A stretch of 60,291 nt of DNA, counting the filler, from Asterionella formosa (Eukaryota), in the NCBI GenBank assembly GCA_002256025.1. It is 13 parts of 13 records of this genome, joined end to end, with 100 filler letters (N's around TTAATTAATTAA, not from the genome) between each part and the next. Parts side by side here need not be neighbours in the genome. Positions count along the whole stretch, not along the records: positions 23,258 to 27,812 come from NKIB01013463.1; positions 27,913 to 32,455 come from NKIB01013465.1; positions 32,556 to 37,097 come from NKIB01013466.1; 10 more parts are not named here. One strand, written 5' to 3'. Within the stretch, counting starts at the first letter, position 1. Each line of letters opens with the position of its first letter. The notes below the pieces were generated by a model. It did not search any database, was not told the origin of the DNA, and worked only from the letters and a program-made list of their open reading frames with translations. The translations under genes and the position numbers were made by a program. This document shows, piece after piece, positions 23,258 to 36,297 of this stretch.

Positions 23258-25042
23258 GTATTTCCTCTCGCCCTTTGCTGCAACCTCCTCGAAATTTTTA
23301 ATGTAGCTCTTGTCATTCATCATCCCTTCTTTAATTTCATCTCCAAAAAGGTCTGGGGGTGCAATGTTCTGATCAATACAAGCCTTATAAATTTCACTCT
23401 TTTTCTTCATCCGAAGCTCCACATACATCTTTTTCTTCATCTCTTGGAAGTACCAATCTGTGGCATGACCCTTGACTTGGTCTGGGGGAAAGTGAATAAT
23501 CACGTTCAAACTCTTTGTACTCATCTTTGAACTCTTTGCACTCTTAGTACTACCAGTTGTTATCCTTGAAGTTCTTCCTGAAATAACTTGTGGAGTCAAT
23601 CCACTGATGGAAGATGCCGGAGTTGTGCTTACTGGAAGAGAAATGGCCAATAGATCATTACGAACTCTAATGGCAGGCACACTGTTGTTCCCTGGCGTAA
23701 CTTCAAACTTCAATGAAAATGTCCATCAGTTAGTCAATATTTTCCATGAACATCAGTTCAACAATTCCACTTTGTTCAATTTCCCGAAGTGACTAACCTT
23801 GTGGAACTCCAGCCAAAAAAAGAAGATTGGCCTTAAAGCTGATCTCCAACTGCCTGCTCATGGCAGTTGTCCTTTGATGAACAACTATGTAATACAGGCT
23901 GTTGAACCTGGCATATCCCTTTGCGTCCCAGCCCCCATATCTCTTTCCCTGTCCTCCAGTACCGGTATAAACGTATTTTGGTGCAGGAGTATCATCTTCA
24001 TGACCTTTCATCATTGCCTTATGCAACCAGACATCCCAACAATTCTCCAAGACCAACAATGAAAAAACCTCGTCAGAAACACTTACAATGTCACTGACAT
24101 GCTTCTTAGCACACTGTCATTTCCAAGACAGCTTTCGCCCAACCCTGGAATAAAAGTACTCAACTAGAAGGAAGAAAGGATGATTCTTGGCTCCTTCTCC
24201 ATCACCTGGCTGTCTCCTGAATAGAAACAGAACGGCTGTTGGAGATGGTATGTTTATTCAGATGAATGTGCATACCATCACAAAAAAGTCCTGAAGTTTT
24301 GTAGATTGGAATGGGATGATTTGTAAGTAGTAAACAATGAGTATGTTAACCAAGTCAAGAACAAATCAGGCATACCACCAAGTCAAGTTGTTTACTTACT
24401 AGCAAAGGCATGTTTGAGAGTGGTAACAATGGCATTTCTTTTCTCAGACATCACTTTATTAATATCATTCTTATATGTCTGCCAAATTGACTCGAAGTCC
24501 TTATCGGTTCCCATGAATAGACTTGGGAAGTGAGCACGAAATAAGAGTGCCAGACTAGTTGGTCCCCTTTCATCAAGTTCAATATCACCTGTGATAAACT
24601 TGACTTTTGGGAAAATTTCAAGTTGGACCCATTGACCAACATTTCGGGTCCAATGCTTGTCTCTTCCAATGCCATGGCCACCATAAAGTTGAAGTCTTTG
24701 CTTCTCCGTTACTTCCCAAAGCTCTTCAATCTCTTTTCTAATTTTCTTCAACTCAGATTGAAGAAACTCTAAGGAAAGGTTTGTTTCAATTCCCTTGTGA
24801 TCAGAAATAGTCGAAATGTTTTTCTTACCGTCAGTTGATAAAATGAGACTTTCATCCTCATCACTGAAGAAATCGCTGTTCTCTGCTCCAGGAATAGAGA
24901 TTCCATTGTCGCTTTCACTGTCAGATGCAGAGGAAGCCTCAGCCTGAGACAGCTCCTGAATATGTTTTGACATGATATCCGAAATAGCTTGCCAGAGATT
25001 TATAGGAATTGGATCTCGAACAATCACTGATTGATCACGCAT
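23258..25042 (-). pseudogene. Multi-exon uncharacterised protein of a repetitive diatom family (probable transposon accessory ORF), with an in-frame stop
   Basis: IFPKVKFI in the first ORF. SVSDEVFSLLVLENCW..KY....YGGWDAKGYARFNSLY..V..QR in the second segment. TGA at ~24117 interrupts the frame. Confidence 0.5.
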
Positions 25043-25539
25043 TTATTCGCAAAAGTGGACATTTTCCCTTTGCAAATGGCCATTGTTGCTGGTGTACCGG
25101 TCTACCGGTCTACCGGTAGTCTGCTACACTAATAATAATCAAGCATCATCACCTTCAAAATTCAACAGTTACTGAATGGCGCGACAGTAAAAGTACTTGC
25201 TACTAGTAGCTACTAGCAGCGATTCAGGGAAATTATACGCGCAAACAAGGACCAGGTATTGTATATAGTACATCCGAGTATTCGTGCGTCTTGTACTATT
25301 TATCTACTAGTAGGTACTAGATGCAGGTGCTAGGATTTGGACACAAAAATATGGCAACTAGCTACTACTGGCTTCCTGCCTGTTTTCCGGAACAGAAAAA
25401 CTGCCAGCCATCCTCACGTGGCTGACTCTATATTTCTCTAATAATTGCAATTTTTTCGCAACAATTGCGTTACTCTCCTCTTCTCTCTTTCCTTTCTCCC
25501 TTCGAGACTTCTTTCTCGCTCAAGAACAGACCAGCCAAG

Positions 25540-27812
25540 ATGTGCGATGGTTTCTGTCCTTTTGAGGATCACAGGGCTCAGTACTATGGTGATGATGATA
25601 CTATGTATCCTCATTACCACATCAAGACGAATTTCAGTGTTCCTTTCACTACTGACCAGTTTAAGAGTACTTGCGACAGTATGGACAAGCTACTTGAGAT
25701 TGGCATGTTATGTTCAAGGATTTCCAGAGAGATCCTGAATTGTCCATGAAGAAACTCTATCTTCGATTGATCAACGCGTATAAGAATGAGTCCTTTCTCC
25801 CTCAACGCTATTGGTTGGTCCCCTTCAGTCCTGAGTCTATGAGTCTGATCCGCAAGGGATACAGGACTCATGTGGATTATCCACTGCTCTATTTTCTTGC
25901 TTTTTTCACTCATGTGAGCAAAAGTCTTGAGGCTCTAGGAAGATTGTACATTGGTCGCATCAATGTACGTGACCCTAATCCTGATGATAGGCAGTACAAG
26001 TGGAAAGTTAGGATCACCCAAATTCCCCTTGACACCTTCGCCACCTCTAAAATCCCTTTGGAGATCAATGAGATTATGACTTTCTTGTCCAAATCTTTTG
26101 GTAACGATTGGAGTTCCGTTGTTAGTACCAACCAAGCTCTATACGCAAATCAGCTCCAGAAGAAGCTTCATGGCAACTTCGTCATTACCACTGAAGAGAG
26201 GGAGAACTTGGAGAAGAAGTTCAAGCCCGTAGCTATGGTTGTTGTGGAGCAAAAAGAGTTTCCAACTCCTATTGCTTGTATTCACTACTATCTGGTGACA
26301 AGTAACCATAACTCAACCCATGATTTGCACAAGTACAAAGAACGTGGAATGGGTCAATTGCTGATCCAATCTGCTACTCGTCTTTGTATCGATGAGGAGG
26401 CCTGGAACTGTGCATACCCAGGATGTCCTTCCCAACATCAACCAGTTTTTGCGCAGGTGCTGCTGGGCAATGCGGTTTAGTGGTATAAATCCATGGAATT
26501 TGTTTACTGCAATCCTATTCCTTGAATGTACAGGATCAATCATCCTCTTAAAAACCTTCTTCATGATGGAGGAACAAGAACAATGCCGATGTTGATTCAT
26601 ACAATTATGGAACTGATATGCCAGAACCAGCAAATTTCGAGACCTTTCCTATCGTGCGTTTGCGAACAAATATAGCTGGGAGTCTTCTTTCAGCCACTCA
26701 TTATGATCTTCTTGATCATTAATTGGAAGAGCAAGCCTATGTGTACTCGATCTTTCTTACAAAAGGGGGTTTCATCTACAAGCAACCAAAAGGTATCTTT
26801 GTTTACTATATATGCTGTATTCATATTCATTTATTCATTCACACATTTCTTTTTTTGCATTCATCGCCTGACAGAGGTGATGAATGCGAAGGAAGCTATC
26901 AGGTCAGAGTATGCCTGCTTGGAAGCGCCTTCTTATGCGCTCGGAAAGCGTGCTAAGAGAGGCACTTTGCAAAAGGCTGCTTCTATAGTTACAGCAGGAT
27001 CAACACAGGCCCAATCCCAAGTGTTGCAGAAGAGTGTTCCAAAGAAAGCTGCAAAGACGAGGATGAAGGCTCCTCCAAGAACTGTTGCTGCAAAAGCTGT
27101 TGCACTCAAGCCTTCTGCCAAGGCTACTCCCAAGCATGATGCTACCAAAGCCATCACATCCAAGGCAGGTGCTTACAACGCTACAAAGTCAACAGCCAGG
27201 AGCCGAGATGTTGCATCAATGCCTGTAACTAATCCTTACGAAGAATCTGAATCGGACTGCAAACCAGCCGCGATTCCCAGCAAAAAAGTATCGAAACCAG
27301 ACTCTAAACCAGCTGCCATAAACAGGAAAAAATTATCCAAACCGGATTCCAAATCAGCTGCCACCTCCAACAAAATGGTCTCCAAACCGGAGTCCCAACA
27401 AGTTGCTGTGCCAATAATCAAGAAACGATCGAAGGCTACCTGGCCCCCTTCTAGTTCTATTTCCAAGAAATCACGAGTTTCTTCCAAGGACAATGATGTG
27501 ATTAGTCTAACAGATGATGATAGTAGTGAGTCAAAGGCAACTGCCTCAAAGAATGACCTCCTCCATTGTGTCAATCCTGAACTACCTTCTGTTGTCAATT
27601 TCGACAAAAGTAACCAGAATGTGATCAAGCTGGAACTCATCCTGTCCCACCATGGGATAAGGTCGAAACAATTTGACCTAGCAGGAACTCTTGCTTCACG
27701 CCGAGCAATCATCACTCAAAGGTTCAGCTCTCAAGGCAGTTTCAAGGGTGTCACTAACACAGCAAATATTCCAAGCTTGCTCTATCAGGCTGATGCAGCC
27801 TACCACCAATTT
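25540..27812 (+). pseudogene. Fragmented large hypothetical protein with a possible GNAT acetyltransferase-like motif and a Lys/Ser/Ala-rich repeat region
   Basis: Consecutive ORFs offset by frameshift (~25705) or introns. CIHYYLV..YKERGMGQLLIQ resembles GNAT motif A. SKPDSKPAA repeats. Runs into the contig end. Confidence 0.4.
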
Positions 27813-27912
27813 NNNNNNNNNNNNNNNNNNNNNNNNNNNNNNNNNNNNNNNNNNNNTTAATTAATTAANNNNNNNNNNNNNNNNNNNNNNNNNNNNNNNN
27901 NNNNNNNNNNNN

Positions 27913-28531
27913 GCATTTTGATAATCTCTGACGACTCGTTACTCACGATAGTGCTCAGTTTTTTGTCCCACAAGATGGGGACGGTATACTTCCCACCCGT
28001 GTCCCCGACCTTTTCATACAAGTCTCGAACACTAAAGGAGTTAAACACTGGGTCAGGGTCATTTCCAGAGTAGGAAGGAGGAAACGGACCTCCCAGTCCT
28101 ATAGTGTTGACAAATGGCTCACCAATAGGATTTCCGAAGACCCAGCCCGTGTGCTTGTCGGCTACATCATCAGGCTTCGTCTTTCGCCAAGTGGGATGAA
28201 CAACAGTAACAGAAATGGTATCTTCGAGGCCCTTCAGGGCTCGCGTCATGAGTGTTCTATGAGCCCATGGACAGGCATACGCTACAAACCTGTGAGAGCC
28301 ACAAATATTGAGCATATCAGGAGTGGGGATTATGCATGGAACGTAGGTTGAATTTCACACGAAGCTCCTAAACAACTGGAATCAATGGAAGGTGACTTAC
28401 AAGTGATAGCGATCCTTGTCTGGTCCAAACTTCGCGCCATCCTCGCGGCTGATCCAGTTTCGCCACACTGCATCTTTGCGCTTGAACTCGCCTTCCCTGG
28501 AGACCTCCTCCAGAGCTGTTCTGCTCACCAT
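27913..28531 (-). CDS. Glutathionyl-hydroquinone reductase (ECM4/YqjG, GST omega/xi-like), 5' part; exons 28531-28401 and 28289-27913
   Basis: GEFKRKDAVWRNWI..RYHL|FVAYACPWAHRTL..KGLE..YTVPILWDKK..IVSNESSEIIKM. GTAAG...CACAG intron at 28400-28290. Confidence 0.95.
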
Positions 28532-30637
28532 ATTGTTGTTTTTGACTTTGCGGACGAGAAAAAGAAAAAGGATCTGTGTGCCTGCATGTAGACTTGTAGA
28601 AAAGTTTTTATATGCGTAAACCGGTATATATTATATTATGTACCGGTAGATGTTTTAACTGTGCCAAGAAATTCCTGTGGTACCTGGTACCCGGAACCAT
28701 TGTTTTACCACATCTATGAAATTGCTGTAGGACTGTATAAAATTTGCTGGCATTACCTTTGTTGTTCTTGACACATGTCTTGTTCATGAGTTACATATGA
28801 ACAACTATCCCTATCAGTATTGGTAGGTCTAGACCATCATCATGCATTTCTTTCCATATGTAGCTATGAGAATGCATTGCTGAGTGCAACAATGCATAAG
28901 ACAAGCCTAGTCATACTAGTGTATAGTGGACAAAATACACATACTATGACATTACTATGAACATCCAATCATTGCAAAAGGCACAGGGCCTGCATATTGG
29001 ATGAAACATTGGATTTCATTGATATAAATGTGATGCATTGAAATATCTCTTGATATATCTGCTGAAGCGCTGAATATTTTAAAAAGCTGTTGAACTGCTG
29101 AGCAGCAGACTCTAATAAAGTGATTTTAAGGAAATGGTGAAAAATTGCAAATGCTGAAGTGGTGAAAGGACTTCAATGCAGCATCAAGCAAAATAATTTC
29201 TAATTTTAAGTTTGGGCATTGAAATCATAATACCCTGTCGGGAAAGATATATGTAGTTTTCAAGTGATCCTAATCGTACCAGCTAGCCAGCCAGCCAGCC
29301 AGCCAGCCAGAGAACACATAAATCACTCTGCCGTCACCCCAATCTGCTACTAGCAGCATCCTCATCCTCGTCAGCTCATCCTTCATAATACGAATTGAAT
29401 TTTTTCTCATTGTTTTCACAATAACTGCTAGGCTACGGTCACAAATTCGGCGCAGCACTTTGGTTTTGTTAGCATCGGTGTGGCAAACAGCATCAAGGTC
29501 CGGTCTCGCTCGAACCAGATAAAGTTCAGCTTCTTCATTTCTCGTTACTTAGTGCTATGCTCATACATGAGCTGATTGTGCACAAGCCCTGCATAGGAGT
29601 TACACCGATGCCCCCCCCCCCAATTTCACCATCTTGCGGTGATCACTTAGTAGGATGATTTCTACCCCAGCAGAGCAATTTAGTAACTCCATTAGTACAC
29701 ATATCTTTGTATTCTACTGGGAAATTTCATACAGTGAAGAAATGAACATTTTATAAAGTCGTACAAATGTGAAGCGTAATGGAATTTTGTCCTGGAATGT
29801 CGGATAGTAGACAAAAGGACGCCACACAATGAAGCACAATCCAGTAGGAACTGCGCGAGCCGCACATTCTGAACTAAATTTTAATCAAAGCCAATTCATT
29901 TGGGGAAGATCGACTTCAAAACAGAGTCGGAAATGATGAAAATAAAACGAAGAGGCAATTAGTATTTTCCTGATAAACAGATCCACTCCCCAAGAAAAAG
30001 AAGTAAAATGGAAATGTTGATTCTGGTATGAATAAAGGCACAAATGATCAATGATGCTGCAAAAACCAGCAGATGAAAGCAACAAATCATTTCAAATCAA
30101 AGGTGTACTAGAATCCAAGGAATGACCATGACCATGACCATCATGAGAGTCATGAAAACAATGAGCATGGTTCTTTCCAAGTTGATTACTAGTTTCGATT
30201 TGTTCTCTGTGGGAATCCAGTAGCATTGGCAGTACAGACAACTCTGTACTTTCCTCGAGGCTTGCTGCTTCTTCGGGTAAGTTTAAAAGATCTGAAAAGA
30301 CGAAAATAAGGTATTTTTTTTAATCGGTCTTCGTATAAAAGGATGCATCTAAGTATGTATTGGACAGCACCATAATGAGCGCGCTCCTCTGATAATAAAA
30401 AATTATTATATCATGTGTGTATTATAACACAAATTATTCTGGTGATCTGCTACATAATATCGTCCTTGCGCTCTGATAATAGAGATATTTTAGATTACTT
30501 CTCTGACATTATATATATTTTTAACTTTAATTTTCAACAGTTAAATTTTCATATCGATGCATCCTCTTGTATGCTATGCCGCCTCTTGTTCATTATATGC
30601 ATGAGTTCTATATATTCATCATTGTTGGTCACTGACC

Positions 30638-30931
30638 ATGTCGACTTTCATCCCATCTCCTGATGATGATGACATTATGATCACATTGCTACTGTTAGCA
30701 ATGTGCTATCCACCAGGAAATAGGATGCCATCGTTCAGGGAAAGTTTGACTGTTGATGAGGTCAGAAGAAGAAGTGGCAAAATCCGTCGCCACGCACTAC
30801 AGCATCCATTATCGAGTCCATTCTGGACTTTGTTAAACAGCAAGCACGGCTGATGATTCTCTGATTACCTTGTGTGGGTTTGACCATGCTTCTTTCGAGC
30901 TCCTACACCAGCTGTTCAAACCTTGTTTTTA
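30638..30931 (+). pseudogene. Harbinger transposase N-terminal fragment
   Basis: RRRSGKIRRHALQHPLSSPFWTLLNS (frameshift) DDSLITLCGFDHASFELLHQLFKP, typical of the start of stramenopile Harbinger transposases. The DDE core is missing. Confidence 0.65.
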
Positions 30932-31449
30932 AACTTTCGGCGAAGTGAAGGTCCTGTCCGTTCTTTGTCTGGGAAATTCTCGTTGTGCTGTGATGCAACA
31001 ACTTCCCATTCATGGGACCCAATTGGCAGGTGAGTAGAAATGGTTTCCAGCAATGAGAGAATCTCATTGATCCTGAACTGTTGACCCCGACTCTGCATGC
31101 TTCGGCAAGCTCTTGGAAACGTTGGTGCTTGCCTGGCAGTTGGTGTTCTTGAAACTGAACTAGTAGGAGCACGTGAAAAATCGTTGTTGTTCCTTGATGG
31201 GGACTGAGCAACCCCAGAAACACCAATCTGAGAAATACCTGGGACACCCATCCTACTGTCCTCATCGTCACTGGCAAACTCATCAGCACCAGTGTCATCT
31301 TCATTCTCGTCGTCGTCGTCCTCCTCTTCTTCTGGTTGAGTCTGTTCTTGTTGTTCTTGTTGCTGGTGACGGCGACGTTCAAGCAGCCTTGGAGAGGAAG
31401 GGAAGCCCTCCCTGGCTGCTCTCCTTTGACCAGAAGAAGATGAAGACAT
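30916..31449 (-). pseudogene. Myb/SANT-like (DUF6818-type) Harbinger partner protein, C-terminally truncated
   Basis: RGQQFRINEILSLLETISTHLPIGSHEWEVVASQHN..RTGPSLRRKF after an acidic low-complexity N-terminus. Confidence 0.7.
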
Positions 31450-32722
31450 GGCCGAAATCTAAAAGCGATGACAATCGATTTATTGAGGAGGTTGATTGAT
31501 ATGTAACGATATGCATATGTATATGCATACCTATTTTGGCAAGAGCAAGCCATTTTGAGTATGAGCAAGCAAGTCTTGAAATATTCCGGGAAATTCTTTA
31601 TAGTCATTCATGTCTAAACATCTTTTTATATAATGCACTGTTATTTATAACTGTAAAAAATTTGTGTTTGTGTTGACCAAATTTTGGGGTTATGGGTACA
31701 ACGATTTGTGTTATAATTCACATGATATTATAATTTTTTTTTATCAGAGCGCGCCCATTATTGTCATGGTGCGAACAATCATGCATGGTATTAAATTTGG
31801 ATCATGGCCCACACAATCACGCCTAAGGGTAAGCAAATGATAGTCGGAGTCAGCCAGCACATGAGAATGTGTCCTGACGTACTGGGTTCTGCATGCATGC
31901 ATGCACGCACGCATCATCACACATCCATTCATGCATACGGTATCATAAGTTTTTCATACCGGTACATCATGAATGAATAGTACCAGGTAGATATAATGTA
32001 TACACCGGTAAGTAGAAATTCTAAAAGTACCGGTAATTATTCTCATCATCAACCAGCGACTATGAAAGCACATTACCCTGGCGGTACCTGGTACCAGGTA
32101 CCTGGTACCTGGTAGTCTACCCCTGGTACCATGGTACCTGGTACCAGTGTGGCACCTGGTACTTGATATTACGGACAAGGACGGACGCGATGGAGTTAGT
32201 ATATCAGGCGAGCACCGGATGATACAAACCACGCGACGCGAATCGAAGGAGTCGAAGCTGAGAATTCAATATAGCGACAACGCGACTATTAAGTTCTAGC
32301 TTTTAGAGTTGAATCGAACAACCAAGAGTCGGCAGCTAAGACAAGGGAAGACAAGAGCAACCACGCGAGGTTGAACAAGTGAATTAGTGCAAGGGTGAAG
32401 CACACAATTCTTTGAATAACGATTCAGAGAAGCAGTCTAAAGCATCGCCAAGCCTNNNNNNNNNNNNNNNNNNNNNNNNNNNNNNNNNNNNNNNNNNNNT
32501 TAATTAATTAANNNNNNNNNNNNNNNNNNNNNNNNNNNNNNNNNNNNNNNNNNNNACCAGGTAGCGACTGTATTTCGTTTCCAAGGAGTCCTGGTACTGG
32601 TACCCTTGTACCAGGGTCCCTGGTGTTCGGTAAAATGAAACGTTTCGCTCAGCGCTCCTCATCCATAAAGGTTTATCCATAAACAATCGATTGTAGATAA
32701 CGCTCTTGAAGTCCCAACTGCC

Positions 32723-33431
32723 ATGTTTCGCTCTCTCGCCATCGTTGCTGCCATTTCCCTGTTGGCCACAGCCAGCGCTTATGTTGGATCCAACGTTTCC
32801 GGATTTGGGGGAAAGGTGCTCGTGTCAGGTGCTGCGAATTCTGCGGGCTTGGAAATGAAGAAGGGGAAGCTCAACATGCCTCCCCAAATGAGATCGCAAT
32901 ATGCGAAACAGAAGGAGATGGCTTCCATGAGAGAGGAGATGATTGCTGCGACTAAACCTGGACCTGATGGCTTTCCAGTGTTCAACCTTTATGTCAGAAC
33001 ACCACGAGCGAATGTACGTCGACCTGCCAACACTGATCAACACAATGCTTCTCGTTGCACGGAATTATTGTACTCATCATGACTGCTCTCAATTTCGTTC
33101 TCACGAATGACAGATGTGGTACCCTTGCGGCTCATTTAAGGGAGACGATAGGTCCAAAGCGTTGTGCACCAGCTATGCCGACGGAGGCATTTTTGCCGGC
33201 ATGGCCAAGAAGCAGCTAGACGAGGGTATTGGTGGTTCCCTTGCCCAAGATTCTGATAAGTTACTTGGCACCATTGTACGGGGATACCCTCAGTTGAAGA
33301 AATCCAAGAATGAACTTGAGTTTGGGTACAAAATTGCCTTCAAGGGCCTGAGCGATGACCTCCCGATTACCCTTGTAGAAATAAAGGCGCAAAAGGGCTT
33401 CTTTGACAACATCAAGAGCATGTTCAGCTAA
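32723..33431 (+). CDS. Plastid-targeted HHL1-like protein (photosystem II repair factor homologue); exons 32723-33013 and 33114-33431
   Basis: ASA-Y bipartite presequence. DGFPVFNLYVRT..MWYP..G..KAL..YPQLK..EFGYKI follows the HHL1-family pattern. 100-bp GTACG...ACAG intron. Confidence 0.75.
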
Positions 33432-33690
33432 GCGTGTACGTTGTCGTCGGAACTTCGCTCTCAAAATTGACTTTTACATAGTTATCTTTTCTAACTTTTC
33501 ACTCTCGTTTTACTTGCTTAGTTTAGATATCTGCAATTACAAGTGTTGATGTCATCTCATTTTCATATGTTCTCTGCTTTGTGTGAGTTTCCACGTCGCA
33601 GGAGGGTCTCATATTCCCACACAGTGTTCCAGTACAACACCGCTTTACCGCAACAATTTAGTCCACCCATCGCAGTTGCGTTTTCAACAG

Positions 33691-35277
33691 TCACACCTGT
33701 TCGAGAGAGAAATTATACATGAGGTCCCCATGCTCTTCAGTGTCGGGAATGCGAAATTCGATTGCTGTGCTCGCCAAATCAAAACGACCATGCGTGCTAT
33801 ATGACTGCGCGTCTTCCTCAGGTTTGCTCTCATCTTCGCCTTGTGACCAGGCAAAATCGTGATGTTGAACGGCCATCGACTTCAACGCTGTGGGTTCGTC
33901 CACTTGCTTGTTGATGTGCGACCACCTATTAGTGAAGAATGCAAGGGGTTCAAATGTATCATCATCGAAAAGTGGCAGCATACCACCACCGTCTAGGTCG
34001 CTGTTATGCATTGAATGATTTGCGAGGTTGGAAGCCAACTCCATCTTCGCTTCTTCCGCAAACTCTTCACCGATTGACAGTGTCATACATGGAAAAGCCG
34101 GTTGTGGCACAGATCGCGAAGCCTGGAACACAACGTTGGAGTACACCTTTTCAGGTGCTGGAGTTACAAGGGCAAAGCTACCTTGTCTGTAATTCTGTGT
34201 TATGTTTGAACGAAGATTGCCACCAGGTTTTGACTGCGCTGGGAGCACAATGCTAGGGGCAAAGTCTGGGATGACGCCTGCACAAACAGTACTGTGGTTC
34301 CCTTGGATTACACCTGAGTAGGGACTGCCGCCACTAATTTTACATGTCGGGCGTCCGGACTTCTCGGACGATCCGTTTCTAAACTCTTTGTCTCTATGCT
34401 CAGCAAGGAAACGAAAATCAAGATAATCAGTGGGTTTCTTGCTCTGGTCAGCCATTGCTTTTACTTTCCGTTTACGAACATTGGTCGCCCAGTTATTCAC
34501 CTGATCGACGAGAAGGCCAGACCCCATTGCTAAAAACTCAATTTCCTCGGTGTTTGGGTATGGATGATGGGCGTTGTCATCCATCCATTCATACAAGTAA
34601 TCAGTTCGGTCCTTTGTATACTTGTTAGCAATAGACTTTGAGGCTGCTTTGCGCTTTCGAGTGCTCGTAACATCACCTGAAAAGTTTTCTTCGTTCCGGT
34701 GGAACTCCTCTTCAAGATATCGGTAATGAATGATGAGGGAATTCGTCATCTTATCCAGGAGCTCATCGATATTTGGATGAACGCCTCTGCGAATGATTTT
34801 GCTTTCTTCAACACGGTGCGGCGACTGGGCATTTATCATGCGATCAATCAGTTGGTGAGCTTCTAAGTGATCGAGAGACTCGGCAAGCTCAGTTGGTGTA
34901 GCTGTTGATCCACGGTTCATCGCATCTTGGAAATTCTTGACTTGCATGGCAAGGAATATGAAGCGCTTAAACTCTTCGTGACAGACAAGTCTCGTCGTGT
35001 CGTCGGTCGCACAGTATTCATCATTTCCCATGTAAACGAACCTTCCAGGATCAAGGGTTGATTGGGCCTTCATTGGATCGAAAAGAACTTTGTTTGTGGG
35101 ATGAATTAGAAAGCTCTCCTTCCCAGAAGCAGATTTGACGGCGAACTTTTCATCATCATCGATACGAACATCGATGGACTGGTTTTTCTCGCCAAGTTGT
35201 TTCAGTAGTGCTTCAACTGCGATGGGTTGAAGCTCGCGATGATGATTTCCTCCGACTATGTTTTGAGAATGTTTCAT
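33691..35277 (-). CDS. TALE-class homeobox transcription factor
   Basis: LYEWMDDNAHHPYPNTEE...LAMGSGLLVDQVNNWATNVRKR contains the PYP loop extension and helix 3 W..N.R.R; intact 528-aa ORF. Confidence 0.9.
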   Translation of the reverse strand: MKHSQNIVGGNHHRELQPIAVEALLKQLGEKNQSIDVRIDDDEKFAVKSASGKESFLIHPTNKVLFDPMKAQSTLDPGRFVYMGNDEYCATDDTTRLVCHEEFKRFIFLAMQVKNFQDAMNRGSTATPTELAESLDHLEAHQLIDRMINAQSPHRVEESKIIRRGVHPNIDELLDKMTNSLIIHYRYLEEEFHRNEENFSGDVTSTRKRKAASKSIANKYTKDRTDYLYEWMDDNAHHPYPNTEEIEFLAMGSGLLVDQVNNWATNVRKRKVKAMADQSKKPTDYLDFRFLAEHRDKEFRNGSSEKSGRPTCKISGGSPYSGVIQGNHSTVCAGVIPDFAPSIVLPAQSKPGGNLRSNITQNYRQGSFALVTPAPEKVYSNVVFQASRSVPQPAFPCMTLSIGEEFAEEAKMELASNLANHSMHNSDLDGGGMLPLFDDDTFEPLAFFTNRWSHINKQVDEPTALKSMAVQHHDFAWSQGEDESKPEEDAQSYSTHGRFDLASTAIEFRIPDTEEHGDLMYNFSLEQV

Positions 35278-36297
35278 TGCTCTGTATTCATAGTTGCGTG
35301 ATAGGGAAATGAATGATGGTTAGAAATCAAAGGGAAGCGAGGAAACAGTGGAAACTGTCATGTTCACTCAAAATTTCAATTCAACAAAGAAGAAATTGGT
35401 ATCGAGAATCATGGCAAGGAGATCGTTGAAAGGCTCGTTGTTTTACAAGTTTTTGTTGTTAATACAGTAAAATGAGTTTGTAATAATTTGTCGCCGATTT
35501 GATCTACATGATGCGATACTGTGTTTACTTTTTCCACGAAAGCCTATTTCAAGTGTTGTATCAATTCTCAAGGTTGACAGTAAAGTATTTCTCGTTCACA
35601 ATAAAAACACATCTTTCTCGGATACTCAATATATAATCAACGGGACGACAAGATGGGATTTTTCCTTACGTTTAAATGTTGATGAGTTATAAAATGTGAG
35701 ACGTCGCTCACATTTTCAGTTTGAAACTCAACTTCGCTCACATGTTAATGCACAGCATAATTGAATGTGTTGCACATGGTACATCAAGGTCACTCTCCTT
35801 GATCACCGGCCGTTTCTTTTGTTTCAAACAACTCTCGCTCACCTTAGAGTTAATTAAGTCTGATTGGTCTAATTATATACCGGTTGGATAATTTGCACCC
35901 TAGGCGGAGATAGGTGGTACTCCTTGGTAGTCTCGTACTAGTACTCTTACCGGGTACACCCCGTAACCTAGGGACTGACGATGATGAATAACAGATATTG
36001 CTACGATAGCTAGCTATGCATCACTTCTCGACTATCTACAAATACACAAACTTGATAATGTGATCTGGGCGGTGCTGAGATGTTTTACTCGGCTTCAAAA
36101 TAAAAATTGTATTCCGTACAAGTTCTTTGCGAATGTAAAAATGAAGCGAGCGAGACCATGATTCCAGCGGAGTCTGCCCATAAGGATGTCTCTAAGCTTT
36201 AACACTAAACACTCGTCGCAAAAGAGTAGATCAATCGAAAAAATGATACGAAATTTGGCAGACTACTACAGTATTACCCTTCACCCATACCCGTAGA

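Larger units (their letters stand above)
30377..31756. mobile_element. Internally deleted PIF/Harbinger-type DNA transposon
   Basis: Imperfect ~55-bp TIRs at 30377-30434 and 31704-31756 (G(A/G)GCGCGCTC..TGATAA..ATTAT.ATATCATGTG..ATTATAACACAAAT). They enclose convergent transposase and Myb-like gene starts fused at ~30925. Confidence 0.85.
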
